NCBI GenBank assembly: GCA_002269645.1
Contig: NIVC01000012.1
Span: forward strand, 372,001-436,000
Direction: 5' to 3'
Source of the DNA: Macrostomum lignano
Taxonomy: Eukaryota
DNA: 64,000 nucleotides
Below are positions 1 through 12,761 of this stretch, piece by piece. The notes beneath the pieces are model-generated. The model saw only the letters and a list, made by a program, of their open reading frames with translations, searched no databases and had not been told where the DNA came from. A program made the position numbers and the translations under genes. Position 1 is the stretch's first letter; the number at the start of each line of letters is the position of its first letter.

Positions 1-444
1 CTCTCAATTATATCCTCACAATCCCCAAAAACCCAAGCCCTTCCCCCGGTTCTCTTCTCTCTTGGATTTCCACCCCCTATCTGTTTACTGCATGCGGGAA
101 CAGCTGGGATGTTACAGCATGATATGTACACACACGCGCACACACAGAGAGAGGAGCAGTCCTCTATGACGCAATCAATCCTTATTTATCCCAAGCCTGC
201 TCTTTCACGCCCGGCTCGACGATCTCTCAACATATCTGATCAAGCCGGGACTAGGGGAAGCCGCGGTGACAAAGAGAAATCGAGATAATAATCATTTTTT
301 AATGGGAATTCAGTGACAGGGAAAAATTAATGAAGTAATGGGGGGAGCGATTTGCAGGCGATTTTTAAGGCAGTTTTTGAGGATGAAAAAAATGAACCCT
401 CTAAAAGGGTGAGTGAATGAATAAAGAATTTTGGACAAGATGGC

Positions 445-1380
445 ATTTCACAATCCCCAAGCTTCTCAACCCCAAGCTTCACAATCCCCAAGTTTCTCAA
501 GCTTGACAATCCCAAAACTTGACAATCCCCAAGCTTCACAATCCCAAAACTTCACAATCCCCAAGCTTCACAATCTCCAAGCTTCACAATCCCCAAGCTT
601 CACAATCCCAAAGCTTCACAATCTCAAAGCTTCACAATCCCCAAGCTTCACAATCCCCAAGCTTCACAGTCCCAAAGCTTCACAATCCCTAAGATTCACA
701 ATCCCTTAGCTTCATAATCCCCAAGCTTCACAATCCCAAAGCTTCACAATCCCCAAGCTTCACAATCCCCAAGCTTCACAACCCCCAAGCTTCACATTCC
801 CCAAGCTTCACAACCCCCAAGCTTCACAACCCCCAAGCTTCACAATCCCGAAGCTTCACAATCCCAAAGCTTCACAATCCCCAAGCTTCACAACCCCCAA
901 GCTTCACAGTCCCCAATCTTCACATTCCCCAAGCTTCACAATCCCAATCTTCACATTCCCCAAGCTTCACAATCCCAATCTTCACAATCCCCAAGCTTCA
1001 CAATCCCCAAGCTTCACAATCCCCAAGCTTCACAATCCCCAAGCTTCACATTCCCCAAGCTTCACAATCCCAATCTTCACATTCCCCAAGCTTCACAATC
1101 CCAATCTTCACAATCCCCAAGCTTCACAATCCCCAAGCTTCACAATCCCCAAGCTTCACATTCCCCAAGCTTCACAACCCCCAAGCTTCACAACCCCCAA
1201 GCTTCACAATCCCGAAGCTTCACAATCCCGAAGCTTCACAATCCCAAAGCTTCACAATCCCAAAGCTTCACAACCCCCAAGCTTCACAACCCCCAAGCTT
1301 CACAGTCCCCAATCTTCACATTCCCCAAGCTTCACAATCCCAATCTTCACATTCCCAAAGCTTCACAACCCCCAAGCTTC
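445..1380 (+). repeat. Minisatellite, 16-bp unit CACAATCCCCAAGCTT (about 58 copies)
   Basis: Tandem unit visible directly, with 15-bp and substitution variants. Confidence 0.95.
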
Positions 1381-1844
1381 AGACTCTCCATACTAAAAAA
1401 AACTCAAAGCTGTGAAGAGTATTTCGATACATATCGGAGGGAAAGATTCTCAGTTTAATAAAAATGTGATTGTTTTCTTAGCATGCAATCCTGCAGCTGG
1501 TTATGAAATGTTCACACTCAGTTTTAATTAAAAAAATTTGATGAAATTTAAGCACCAAGCTGCATTCCTGCGCAGAAAACGGGCAATTTAAGGTCACAGG
1601 GGTGCTCGTAGGTGAAGGGGTGAGGGCTGAAATCCTATAAATATTCTAACAGAAACAATTGGATTTCAAATCAATTTGGCTCTAGGCAGCCAACCTGTAC
1701 TCAAGGCAATTCATACGTTTATTGCGCTTTTGATTAGTGGCGACAGGCAGCTTAGCTGAGGTTTTCTCAATTCGGCTTGAGAGACGAGAGATGGATAAGA
1801 TAGAGAGGTAGATAGGTAGGCGGAGGTATTGTAGGTTGAGAAGG

Positions 1845-2378
1845 GAGAGAGGGAGATAGAGAGGGGAAAGAAGGGTGCAGAGAAAGGAGAGAGGGAAGAG
1901 ACGTAGAGGTGATAGAGAAGTAGAGAGGGAGGGAAGAGGGAGAGAGGGGAGAGCGAGAAAAAGGAGAGGGAGAGAGGGAAAAGAGAGTGGGGAAGGGAGA
2001 GTGGGGAGAGGGAGAAAGGGGAGTGGGAGAAGGGGGAGTGGGAGAGAGGGGAGAGGAGAGAGAGGAAAGGGAGAGAGGGAGAGGGGAGAGAGGGAGAGAG
2101 GGAGAGAGGGAGAGAGGGAGGAGGGAAAGAGGGAGAGAGGGAGAGAGGGAGAGAGGGAGGAGGGAAAGAGGGAGAGAGGGAGAGAGGGAAAGAGGGAGAG
2201 AGGGAGAGAGGGAGAGAGGGAGAGAGAGAGAGGGAGAGAAGGAGAGAGAGAGAGAGGGAGAGAGGGAGAGAGGGAAAGAGGGAGAGAGGGAGAGAGGGAG
2301 AGAGGGAGAGAGGGAGAGAGGGAGAGAGGGAGAGAGGGAGAGAGGGAGAGAGGGAGAGAGGGAGAGAGGGAGAGAGAC
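1845..2378 (+). repeat. Purine-rich simple repeat, mainly (GGGAGAGA)n
   Basis: Direct; accounts for the RE/GE-rich and LS-rich pseudo-ORFs at 1711-2478. Confidence 0.95.
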
Positions 2379-3045
2379 TAAGATACCGAGAACGAATCCA
2401 AAGCCCCAACAGCAACAGATTCAGATTATTTGCAGTGCTACACTTTTAGAGAATGACAACCGGAATGAAAGCAGATAGCAACAGGCCGGCTTCAGTCCCT
2501 ATGCGTACACGGAATCTATCGGTGCCAAGGTTCATAGGCCTGCAGTAGTACCATAGCGGCTTCTGTATAGTAAGTAGCAAGACAGAATGAAATATTGAAT
2601 CAGATCCTGAGCTCCACAGCAAACTGGGCCAAAAAAGAGAGGAGAAATGTCCTACAGATTCGCCCGCCACCTCAGTCGGGAAGTCCACCCCCACCCCCAC
2701 CCCCAACACTCCAACTCTCCAGAAAAGGCCGCGTTATTAGATTGACGCGCTTGGGGGGGGGGAACGCCCGGCCACTTCAACAAGCGGCAGCTATGCTGCT
2801 ACTAGTAGCAAAAGCTAGCACCAAGAAGATTCTATTAAACACTGGTTTGGTCATTTCGATATGCGCAGACTGCTATTCGCTCCTAGTTTGCTAGATCGTA
2901 TTTTGGTTAAAAAGTTGAAGAACTATAGATAATTTTGGTTAATCAACTTTGCTGCGAACCTTCTTATTGCTTTTATTTAATAAAATTGCCCCAGCTTATA
3001 AATGCATTTGGCGTTTTCTAAGGCCATTTTAAGGTCGAGCTTTGA

Positions 3046-4655
3046 ATGTGGAAAGGGTGGAGTTTAGGGGTGTGGGAAACGATGGAGTTTAGGGGTGGGA
3101 AAGGGTGGAGTTTAGGGGTGGGGAAAAGGTGGAGTTTAGGGGTGGGGAAAAGGTGGAGTTTAGGGGTGTGGAAAGGGTGGAGTTAAGGGGTGGGGAAAGG
3201 GTGGAGTTTAGGGGTGGGGAAAAGGTGGAGTTTAGGGGTGGGGAAAGGGTGGAGTTTAGGGGTGGGGAAAAGGTGGAGTTTAGGGGTGGGGAAAATGTGG
3301 AGTTTAGGGGTGTGGAAAAGGTGGAGTTTAGGGATGTGGAAAGGTTAGAGTTTAGGGGTGGGGAAAAGGTGGAGTTTAGGGGTGGGGAATGGGTGGAGTT
3401 TAGGGGTGGGGAAAAGGTGGAGTTTAGGGGTGGGGAAAGGGTGGAGTTTAGGGGTGGGGAAAAGGTGGAGTTTAGGGGTGGGGAAAGGGTGGAGTTTAGG
3501 GGTGGGGAAAAGGTGGAGTTTAGGGGTGGGGAATGGGTGGAGTTTAGGGGTGGGGAAAAGGTGGAGTTTAGGGGTGGGGAAAGGGTGGAGTTTAGGGGTG
3601 GGGAAAGGGTGGAGTTTAGGGGTGGGGAAAGGGTGGAGTTTAGGGGTGGGGAAAAGGTGGAGTTTAGGGGTGGGGAAAAGGTGGAGTTTAGGGGTGGGGA
3701 AAAGGTGGAGTTTAGGGATGTGGAAAGGTTAGAGTTTAGGGGTGGGGAAAAGGTGGAGTTTAGGGGTGGGGAAAATGTGGAGTTTAGGGGTGGGGAAAGG
3801 GTGGAGTTTAGGGGTGGGGAATGGGTGGAGTTTAGGGGTGGGGAAAATGTGGGGTTTAGGGGTGGGGAAAGGGTGGAGTTTAGGGGTGGGGAAAGGGTGG
3901 AGTTTAGGGGTGGGGAAAGGGTGGAGTTTAGGGGTGGGGAATGGGTGGAGTTTAGGGATGTGGAAAGGTTAGAGTTTAGGGGTGGGGAAAAGGTGGAGTT
4001 TAGGGGTGGGGAATGGGTGGAGTTTAGGGGTGGGGAAAAGGTGGAGTTTAGGGGTGGGGAAAGGGTGGAGTTTAGGGGTGGGGAAAAGGTGGAGTTTAGG
4101 GGTGGGGAAAGGGTGGAGTTTAGGGGTGGGGAAAAGGTGGAGTTTAGGGGTGGGGAATGGGTGGAGTTTAGGGGTGGGGAAAAGGTGGAGTTTAGGGGTG
4201 GGGAAAGGGTGGAGTTTAGGGGTGGGGAAAAGGTGGAGTTTAGGGGTGGGGAAAGGGTGGAGTTTAGGGGTGGGGAAAAGGTGGAGTTTAGGGGTGGGGA
4301 AAAGGTGGAGTTTAGGGATGTGGAAAGGTTAGAGTTTAGGGGTGGGGAAAAGGTGGAGTTTAGGGGTGGGGAAAATGTGGAGTTTAGGGGTGGGGAAAGG
4401 GTGGAGTTTAGGGGTGGGGAATGGGTGGAGTTTAGGGGTGGGGAAAATGTGGGGTTTAGGGGTGGGGAAAGGGTGGAGTTTAGGGGTGGGGAAAGGGTGG
4501 AGTTTAGGGGTGGGGAAAGGGTGGAGTTTAGGGGTGGGGAATGGGTGGAGTTTAGGGATGTGGAAAGGTTAGAGTTTAGGGGTGGGGAAAAGGTGGAGTT
4601 TAGGGGTGGGGAAAGGGTGGAGTTTAGGGGTGGGGAATGGGTGGAGTTTAGGGGT
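3046..4655 (+). repeat. G-rich minisatellite, 24-bp unit GGGGTGGGGAAAAGGTGGAGTTTA (about 67 copies) with 600-bp higher-order duplication
   Basis: The variant GGGATGTGGAAAGGTTAGAG recurs at about 3331, 3715, 3955, 4315 and 4555. Confidence 0.95.
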
Positions 4656-5211
4656 GTTTTATAAACTTCTAAGTCTGGAAAGTTAAAGGTTTTGATTTGG
4701 CATTTTTTTCAGTTCCGTACTTTTCTCAGCATAAAAGCAGAAATAAGCGCAACAAGTGACCGTTATTAGACGTCAATTTTGTCATTAAGTTCCTCCCAAT
4801 CCAGCCCACACGCCTTTGCAGTCTTGAAGTCAATTATTTTTTTCTTTCGACTTTCATTCTACAATTATGTAGTACAAAAACTCCCATTAATCCTTAATTA
4901 GGCGAATTAGGTAAAAAATGAGGTGCATCCTTCTTTCTTAGAATTACAAGACTCAAGACGCACTTTTCGTATTCTAGCAAGGCGAGGCAAAGAGACTTGC
5001 GAGACTGCACTCACACAAGAGATAAATTATAAAAGCAGTCTACGCTAAATGCAGATGAGGCTACTAGCTTATCCAGCTTTGAATCTTCGCCGTCGCCACG
5101 TTTTACAACCTGATCAAACGTATCAAACGGGAAAAATTGCAGTGCTGATTTATGGCACTGATGAAGTGACAGGATTTATTTCGAATTTTGCATGCATGCA
5201 TTTATATGTGC

Positions 5212-5550
<339 letters not shown>

Positions 5551-5558
5551 ATGCTCAC

Positions 5559-6064
5559 CTGGTGCTATTGCTAACCAGTTCCGCATTCCGGTACCACTCA
5601 ATCCTGGGCGTCGGGTTGCCTTCAGCCCGGCAGCCCAGCAGCCGGTCGCTGCCGTGGTCCAGCCACAGGTCGTCCGGTTCTGTCCGAGTTAGTTTCGGCG
5701 GTGTCAGAACGGTCAGCCAGGCCTCCAGTCGCACCACAGGCGAATTAACAATATCATTGCCAACCAGCTGGGCCTCGCAGGCGTACTTGGCCGCATCGGA
5801 CGGTTGCACCTTGTACACGGTGAGTCGGCGAGAGTAGCGAGGTTCGATTAAATATTTCACGCCGTCGCTGGCCAGCTCGGTCTGGGCGGTGGAGTTGAGC
5901 TCTTTTCGGTACCAGCGCAGCTTCAGTCGGTCCAGGGGCTTAGCGGCGAACACGCATTCGAATACAGCGTTGCTGAAGCCGCCCGTGACATGCGTCACGT
6001 TGCCTGAGTAGAGCACCGGAGTCGGCCTCCGCTGGGCTGGGGCCGGTTGGGGCGGCGACGACAC
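5559..6064 (-). CDS. sdk: Sidekick-like Ig adhesion molecule, coding exon 2 (Ig3 and start of Ig4)
   Basis: Acceptor TTTTTCTCGCAG|GTG at 6064 (phase 0) and donor AG|GTGAG at 5559. Translation FECVFAAKPL..LRWYRK..RRLTV....SDAAKYACEAQL...EAWLTVLTPP..GCRAEGNPTPRIEWYRN matches my recollection of Sidekick Ig3-Ig4. Joins in phase to the exon at 11642-12304. Confidence 0.85.
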
Positions 6065-6135
6065 CTGCGAGAAAAAGAGGGGTGGTCAGCAACCTGAGGG
6101 TTTGTCCCGAATGTCTATCAATCAGTGACTTAAGA

Positions 6136-6443
6136 ACCTGAAGGTATCAACCTGAAGGTATCAACCTGAAGGTATCAACCTGAAGGTATCAACCTGAAGG
6201 TATCAACCTGAAGGTATCAACCTGAAGGTATCAACCTGAAGGTATCAACCTGAAGGTATCAACCTGAAGGTATCAACCTGAAGGTATCAACCTGAAGGTA
6301 TCAACCTGAAGGTATCAACCTGAAGGTATCAACCTGAAGGTATCAACCTGAAGGTATCAACCTGAAGGTATCAACCTGAAGGTATCAACCTGAAGGTATC
6401 AACCTGAAGGTATCAACCTGAAGGTATCAACCTGAAGGTATCA
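6136..6443 (+). repeat. Minisatellite, 14-bp unit AACCTGAAGGTATC (about 22 near-perfect copies)
   Basis: Direct. Confidence 0.97.
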
Positions 6444-6780
6444 ATCGAAACGCAATAGATGAGGCTAGTGAGGCAGAGACAGTATCATGCATAGAACGGC
6501 AGGATGGCACACAGTCTTAAACTAGCATGCGAGTACGTGTCAGGAGCCCGATAAAATTCTATGAATAATTTATACAAAATCCTATTGAGCTCTCAGCCCA
6601 GGTGTGTCTGTTTTTGCGCGAGAATTAATCAAAAAAGCGCGCTTGAGTCTCCTTAGCAGCCAAGGCTGAGTTTGTTTTTTTTTGCCCGGTGCCGTAACTA
6701 AGACAAACACTTAGTGATGTTTCTTGTGCAGACTGGACTCCCAGAGCGGATAGTGAAAAGATGAACTTCTGAGTCTGTCC

Positions 6781-7425
6781 ATGAATGGGTTCATGAGTGA
6801 GTTCATGGGTGAGTTCATGAGTGAGTTCATGAGTAAATTCATGAATGAGTTCATGAGTGAGTTCATGATTGAGTTCATGGGTGAGTTCATGAGTGAGTTC
6901 ATGAGTAAATTCATGAATGAGTTCATGAGTGAGTTCATGATTGAGTTCATGAATGAGTTCATGAGTGAATTCATGAGTGAGTTCATGGGTGAGTTCATGA
7001 GTGAGTTCATGAGTAAATTCATGAATGAGTTCATGAGTGAGTTCATGATTGAGTTCATGAATGAGTTCATGAGTGAGTTCATGATTGAGTTCATGAGTGA
7101 GTTCATGAGTGAGTTCATGAGTGAGTTCATGAGTGAGTTCATGAGTGAGTTCATGAGTGAGTTCATGAGTGAGTTCATGAGTGAGTTCATGAGTGAGTTC
7201 ATGAGTAAATTCATGATTGAGTTCATGAGTGAGTTCATGTGAGTTCATGAGCGAGTTCATGTATGAGTTCATTAATGAGTTCATGAGTGAGTTCATGATT
7301 GAGTTCATGATTGAGTTCATGTGTGAGTTCATGAGTGAGTTCATGAATGAGTTCATGTGTGATTTCATGAGTGAGTTTATGTGTGAGTTCATGAGTGAGT
7401 TCATTAACGACTTCATGAGTGAGCT
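6781..7425 (+). repeat. 12-bp tandem array (GAGTTCATGAGT)n, left array
   Basis: Direct; the same unit occurs reverse-complemented at 8315-8670. Confidence 0.95.
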
Positions 7426-8314
7426 TATGGTTCAATTAGGTCTTTTGTGAGTACATCTAAACATATAGGCGAGTAAAAATGATGGTGTGATACCAAACTG
7501 TGACTCACGCATTAGTCTAAGATCGTGAAGAAAATTGAGTAGAAGAGTTGAGCAACTCAAAGGCGGTCTGCGCTCCATTTTCGAAGCCAACTTTGGGTTT
7601 TTTGCTCAAGCTGTTAAAACCCTGTTCACCGCCCCCATGTTGAATTCGCCAGGCGCGGTTGTAACAAAAAATCCCCTTAACATGCTTTATAGAACCCTCG
7701 ATTCCCTCTCGAGAACTCACATGTAACATTTTAGCCTAGGGAACACTGGAGCATTGAGAAGACACCTCCCAAAAATGCGGACCAAACCAGACGAGTTCGT
7801 TTCTAAGAAAATCTCTTTCGCAAGATGGGCTGAGAACAGAATTCTCACTCATTTCCCGATTTTAACAATAATAAATTCAAATTAAATTAAAATAAAGCAA
7901 CTTTCTTTTTAACTAATTTTCAAGATAAATTTATATTTTCCCAATGAAACTCTATGAAAGTTTTGGGGACTATCATGTCTCCTAACTGTGTTCCCCTTGG
8001 GTATAGAGTTGGTGAACAGCTGGTCTATAGCAACTCCCATGTGGCGACATACGGAGGGTCCGCGGGCATTCACTGGCTTTGAAAACAAAGACCGACAGAC
8101 ACTATATATAGCATAATAAAGTAAAGTGAGCAATCCTTTAAAACCTTTTTTATTACTATATTTGACTTATTCACATTATTCACAATATACTGTTATGGGG
8201 CGGGTAATGGTGGTAGGTGGCCTCTCTAAAGTCTTAAGTCTTTAAAAACTATAGTGAATTTTTAGTCACAGTTTTGCATTGGGTCTCCTGCTTTATAACT
8301 GTTGTGGTGTTTTA

Positions 8315-8670
8315 AGCTCACTCATAAATTCACTCATGAACTCACTCATGAACTCACTCATGAACTCACTCATGAACTCACTCATGAACTCACTCATGAA
8401 CTCACTCATGAACTCACTCATGAACTCATTCATGAACTCACCCAAGAACTCACTCATGAACTCACTCATGAACTCACCCAAGAACTCACTCATGAACTCA
8501 CTCATGAACTCACTCATGAACTCACTTATGAACTCACCCATGAACTCACTCATGAACTCACTCATAAACTCACTCATGAACTCACTCATGAACTCACTCA
8601 TGAACTCACTTATGAACTCACTCATGAACTCACTCATGAACTCGCAAATGAACTCATCCTTGAACTCATG
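8315..8670 (-). repeat. 12-bp tandem array (ACTCATGAACTC)n, inverted relative to 6781-7425
   Basis: Direct. Confidence 0.95.
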
Positions 8671-9527
8671 AAACCACTATTAGCGAATGTGCACAAGCAA
8701 GTCAGATTGTTTACAAAAAGTGCTTTTATTTCTAGTTGATACTGCTAATAAAGTTTTTAAAAGTTTTTAATGGTTTTATTTGCGTGTTCTGTAATACAAT
8801 CTCAGCTATAGAGCCATGTCAAAAGAGCCATCCTTAAAACGTCAATCATCCGCAGTCTTTACCTAATTCTAAAATTTATTAAAACTTGATTCTGTTGTGA
8901 AACTTTTGTGCAATTTAATTTGCGTGGCCCAATAGAAATCTGTGCATGCAAGAAAAAAAGAAGAAATCATTCAATTCTAAAGACACTGAGTATATACTGG
9001 GGGGTTTACGTAGTAAATGAAGTACAAGCTAGACCAACTGGATGACCAATCTTTTCTAACCTTTAATCAATATTGAATAGATTAGCAATCCACCCTAATC
9101 CTTGATCCATATTGAATAGATTAGCAATCCACTTGATTATCAACAGCAGTTCCAAAAATTTGAATTTCAACTTTTTTAGAGAGACAAACTCAGAACTAAA
9201 AAATATGATTATTGGTAAATCTTAAATACACTTTTGCTTTAACAGTCGGCTTTAGTCCTACTTTATTAGGATTAATAAATAGTTTTAGTTCTGGCGTGAA
9301 GCTATAGGATTTAGTCCAGGTGTGCCCAAATCTCTCTGCAACTCCCAAAACTGTCATTCATGCAAAGTAGCATTAAAATAGCTTAATAAGTGTGTCCCAT
9401 TAATCCCAAACTCAAGCAGCAGATTGTTCTGCGAGCTACAGAGAGTAAAAAACAGATCTCCCACATTTTAAATCTGAGTAAAAGTTATTAAAACACAAAT
9501 TGAATGCATCTTTCAGGTTTACTTGGA

Positions 9528-10047
9528 CTACCCTGAAGTGTCATTCAGCTACCCTGAAGTGTCATTCAGCTACCCTGAAGTGTCATTCAGCTACCCTGAA
9601 GTGTCATTCAGCTACCCTGAAGTGTCATTCAGCTACCCTGAAGTATCATTCAGCTACCCTGAAGTGTCATTCAGCTACACCCTGAAGTGTCATTCAGCTG
9701 CACCCTGAAGTGTCATTCAGCTACCCTGAAGTGTCATTCAGCTACACCCTGAAGTGTGTCATTCAGCTACACCCTGAAGTGTCATTCAACTACACCCTGA
9801 AGTGTCATTCAGCTACACCCTGAAGTGTCATTCAGCTACACCCTGAAGTGTCATTCAGCTACACCCTGAAGTGTCATTCAGCTACACCCTGAAGTGTCAT
9901 TCAGCTACCCTGAAGTGTCATTCAGCTACCCTGAAGTGTCATTCAGCTACACCCTGAAGTGTCATTCAGCCACCCTTAAGTGTCATTCAGCTAACCTGAA
10001 GTGTCATTCAGCTAACCTGAAGTGTCATTCAGCTACCCTGAAGTGTC
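9528..10047 (+). repeat. Minisatellite, 21/23-bp unit CTGAAGTGTCATTCAGCTAC(AC)C
   Basis: Direct; each unit contains the inverted pair CTGAA...TTCAG. Confidence 0.95.
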
Positions 10048-10529
10048 ATCTGAGTCGATGAACCATATGGAGCCACTAACATGCACGAATACTCTTCAAT
10101 ACTCTATATTGAGAGAATATTGAGTACAAAGCTAGGCTAAAGGAACTCAGACTCATTGCACTGACGTTAATTGCCCAAGCACAAGGTGTGAATAATCGTA
10201 CACAATACATGGACAAGGTTTAGTTCAGTTAATAGAGCCATAATGTGGGTGATTCATCCTGAATCTGATCCATTTGCCCCACACAGAAAGGTGTGTTCTC
10301 ACACTAATGCTTGCGCCAGGTACAACCATTCACTCTTTACAAAGGCTTCCCTTCTCAACTCTTTGTTCTCACTCAGTGCCATTCTAAATTCTGCTTGCAT
10401 GCGATAAATTGCACAAACTTTAGTACACCCTAAGTTTGCATGCGACGGGGATTAATGGCTTTCTAACTATTCCAGCCATTCTAAGCTCCCTAGCTGCTAG
10501 ATGGGGTTTTCTAGAACTCAGAGTTTTAT

Positions 10530-11572
10530 GACAGAGAATTCCCAAAAATGAAAATCTATGGGAGAGAATTCCCATGGTCTTACTTAGGAGCTATGGGGAG
10601 AATTCCCGAGAAAAGATGATCTATGGTAGAGAATTCCCCAGGGGAACTGAGAGTCTATGGTAGAGAATTCTCTAGAACTGAGAATCGATGGTAGAGAATT
10701 CTCTAGAACTGAGAATCGATGGTAGAGAATTCTAGGGAACTGAGAATCTATGGTAGAGAATTCTAGGGAACTGAGAATTTATGGTAGAGAATTCTCTAGA
10801 ACTGAGAATCTATGATAGAGAATTCCCCAGGGGAACTGAGAATCTATGGTAGAGAATTCTCTAGAACTGAGAATCTATGATAGAGAATTCCCCAGGGGAA
10901 CTGAGAATCTATGGTAGAGAATTCTCTAGAACTGAGAATCTATGGTAGAGAATTCTAGGGAACTGAGAATCTATGGTAGAGAATTCTAGGGAACTGAGAA
11001 TCTATGGTAGAGAATTCTAGGGAACTGAGAATCTATGGTAGAGAATTCTCTAGAACTGAGAATCTATGGTAGAGAATTCTAGGGAACTGAGAATCTATGG
11101 TAGAGAATTCTAGGGAACTGAGAATCTATGGTAGAGAATTCTAGGGAACTGAGAATCTATGGTAGAGAATTCTAGGGAACTGAGAATCTATGGTAGAGAA
11201 TTCTAGGGAACTGAGAATCTATGGTAGAGAATTCTCTAGAACTGATAATCTATGGTAGAGAATTCTAGGGAACTGAGAATCTATGGTAGAAAATTCTCTA
11301 GAACTGAGAATCTATGGTAGAAAATTCTCTAGAACTGAGAATCTATGATAGAGAATTCCCCAGGGGAACTGAGAATCTATGGTAGAGAATTCTCTAGAAC
11401 TGATAATCTATGGTAGAGAATTCTAGGGAACTGAGAATCTATGGTAGAGAATTCTAGGGAACTGAGAATCTATGGTAGAGAATTCTAGGGAACTGAGAAT
11501 CTATGGTAGAGAATTCTCTAGAACTGAGAATCTATGGTAGAGAATTTTAGGGAACTGAGAATCTATGGTATA
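10530..11572 (+). repeat. Minisatellite, 31-bp unit AGAGAATTCTAGGGAACTGAGAATCTATGGT (about 33 copies)
   Basis: Direct; TCTCTAGAA and CCCCAGGGG variants occur. Confidence 0.95.
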
Positions 11573-11641
11573 AATTAACCGAAAGCCTAAAATCAATAAT
11601 CAACGCTTGGAACACAGTAACCCGAAAACAACACGTCTTAC

Positions 11642-12304
11642 CTTAAGCGTGTACAGTGGCGTCGTGACTTTGGTAGCAGCATCTAGATAATTACTGCTGA
11701 TCGTGGCGTCGAACACGCGACCATGATCGCTCTTGCCAACGTCCAATATAATCAATTCGTGCTTGGTTGTCACGTACACTCGGTCGCTAGTACTTAGCGT
11801 GAAACCGTTTCTCCTCCATCGGGCACTAGGCGCGGGGTAGGCATCAATCTCCGGCGGCACCGGTAGCCGGAGGGTCTCACCGCTAACCAGCTTGATGTTG
11901 CGATTTGTTCGTCCATTTGACAGTCGCGACGCATTCAGGTAGCCGATTAACAAAGTGACGCTGGAGTCTCGAAGTCCGCCCTGGGAGTTGAACGCGTAGC
12001 ATCGGTACCGACCAGCGTCGCTGCGCGTCACTCTGTCGATTCGATAAGTCGACGTGTGATTACCGCGAACCCAAGCGGTGGTTTGAGTGTCCGGATCCAC
12101 CTTCTGCCAGGCGTATGTCGGATCCGGCCGGCCATTGGCCTCGCACACAAAGCCGTGCCGGTCGCCCTCTTTGCGAATGATTGGCACTTTATTTTGCGAG
12201 TGCTGGAATGTTCTCGGCGGGTAAGCGTCGCTTGAGAGCTGCACAGACCAGGTTGGCAAGGTGAGCAGGCTCAGCTGCAGCAACTGCAGCAATAGCGCTA
12301 GCAT
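11642..12304 (-). CDS. sdk: Sidekick-like Ig adhesion molecule, coding exon 1 (signal peptide, Ig1, Cys-less Ig2)
   Basis: ATG at 12304 followed by a hydrophobic leader. Ig1: FVCEANGRPDPTYAWQK..DAGRYRCYAFN. Ig2: EIDAYPAPSARWRRNG..SDRVYVTTKHELIIL, which lacks the canonical Cys as in Sidekick Ig2. Donor AAG|GTAAG at 11642; 663 nt = 221 codons. Confidence 0.85.
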
Positions 12305-12761
12305 AGCCGAAGAGAAACTGCGGCCTGAAGTCCAACTTCCTTGGGTGTTGTATGCCCCTGTGTGTGTAAGACTTAAATTTTGCTATACAACAAGTAAAAC
12401 TGTTAAAAATGGCAACGCACAATGAAGTCAGTCAGTCTGTCAGTTTAGTGTCACTTAAATAAGAGAAGGAAGGTAAGTGCTGGGGTTTATAAAGGGTTGG
12501 GATTACGCGTGCATGCATTGGTGGGGGCGGGGTTGGGGGAAAAGACAGGGAGACAAGAGAACCCGCGCCCTATTGGCTGTGGGAGAGGCAATGTGCGCGC
12601 TAATGTTGAGAATGCCCAAGCCATAATAGGCGGGCCAGGGGTGCCTCTCCCAACCATTACTCCTGTGGGGGTCTCAACCAAGGAGTCTTTACACCAGAAT
12701 CTGGAGTAAGCCTATAAACTGCGTCTTACAAAAGTAAAAAAGCTAGCTATCTAGTTTGTGG

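Noticed and set aside
2446-2709. Possible third Sidekick exon (WYYCRPMN resembles an Ig F-strand)
   Set aside because: The nearest good acceptor in the required phase gives a stop after 9 codons, and the Ig4 motif match is poor.
3046-4655. Telomere or interstitial telomeric array
   Set aside because: TTAGGG occurs only once per 24-bp unit, not as tandem hexamers.
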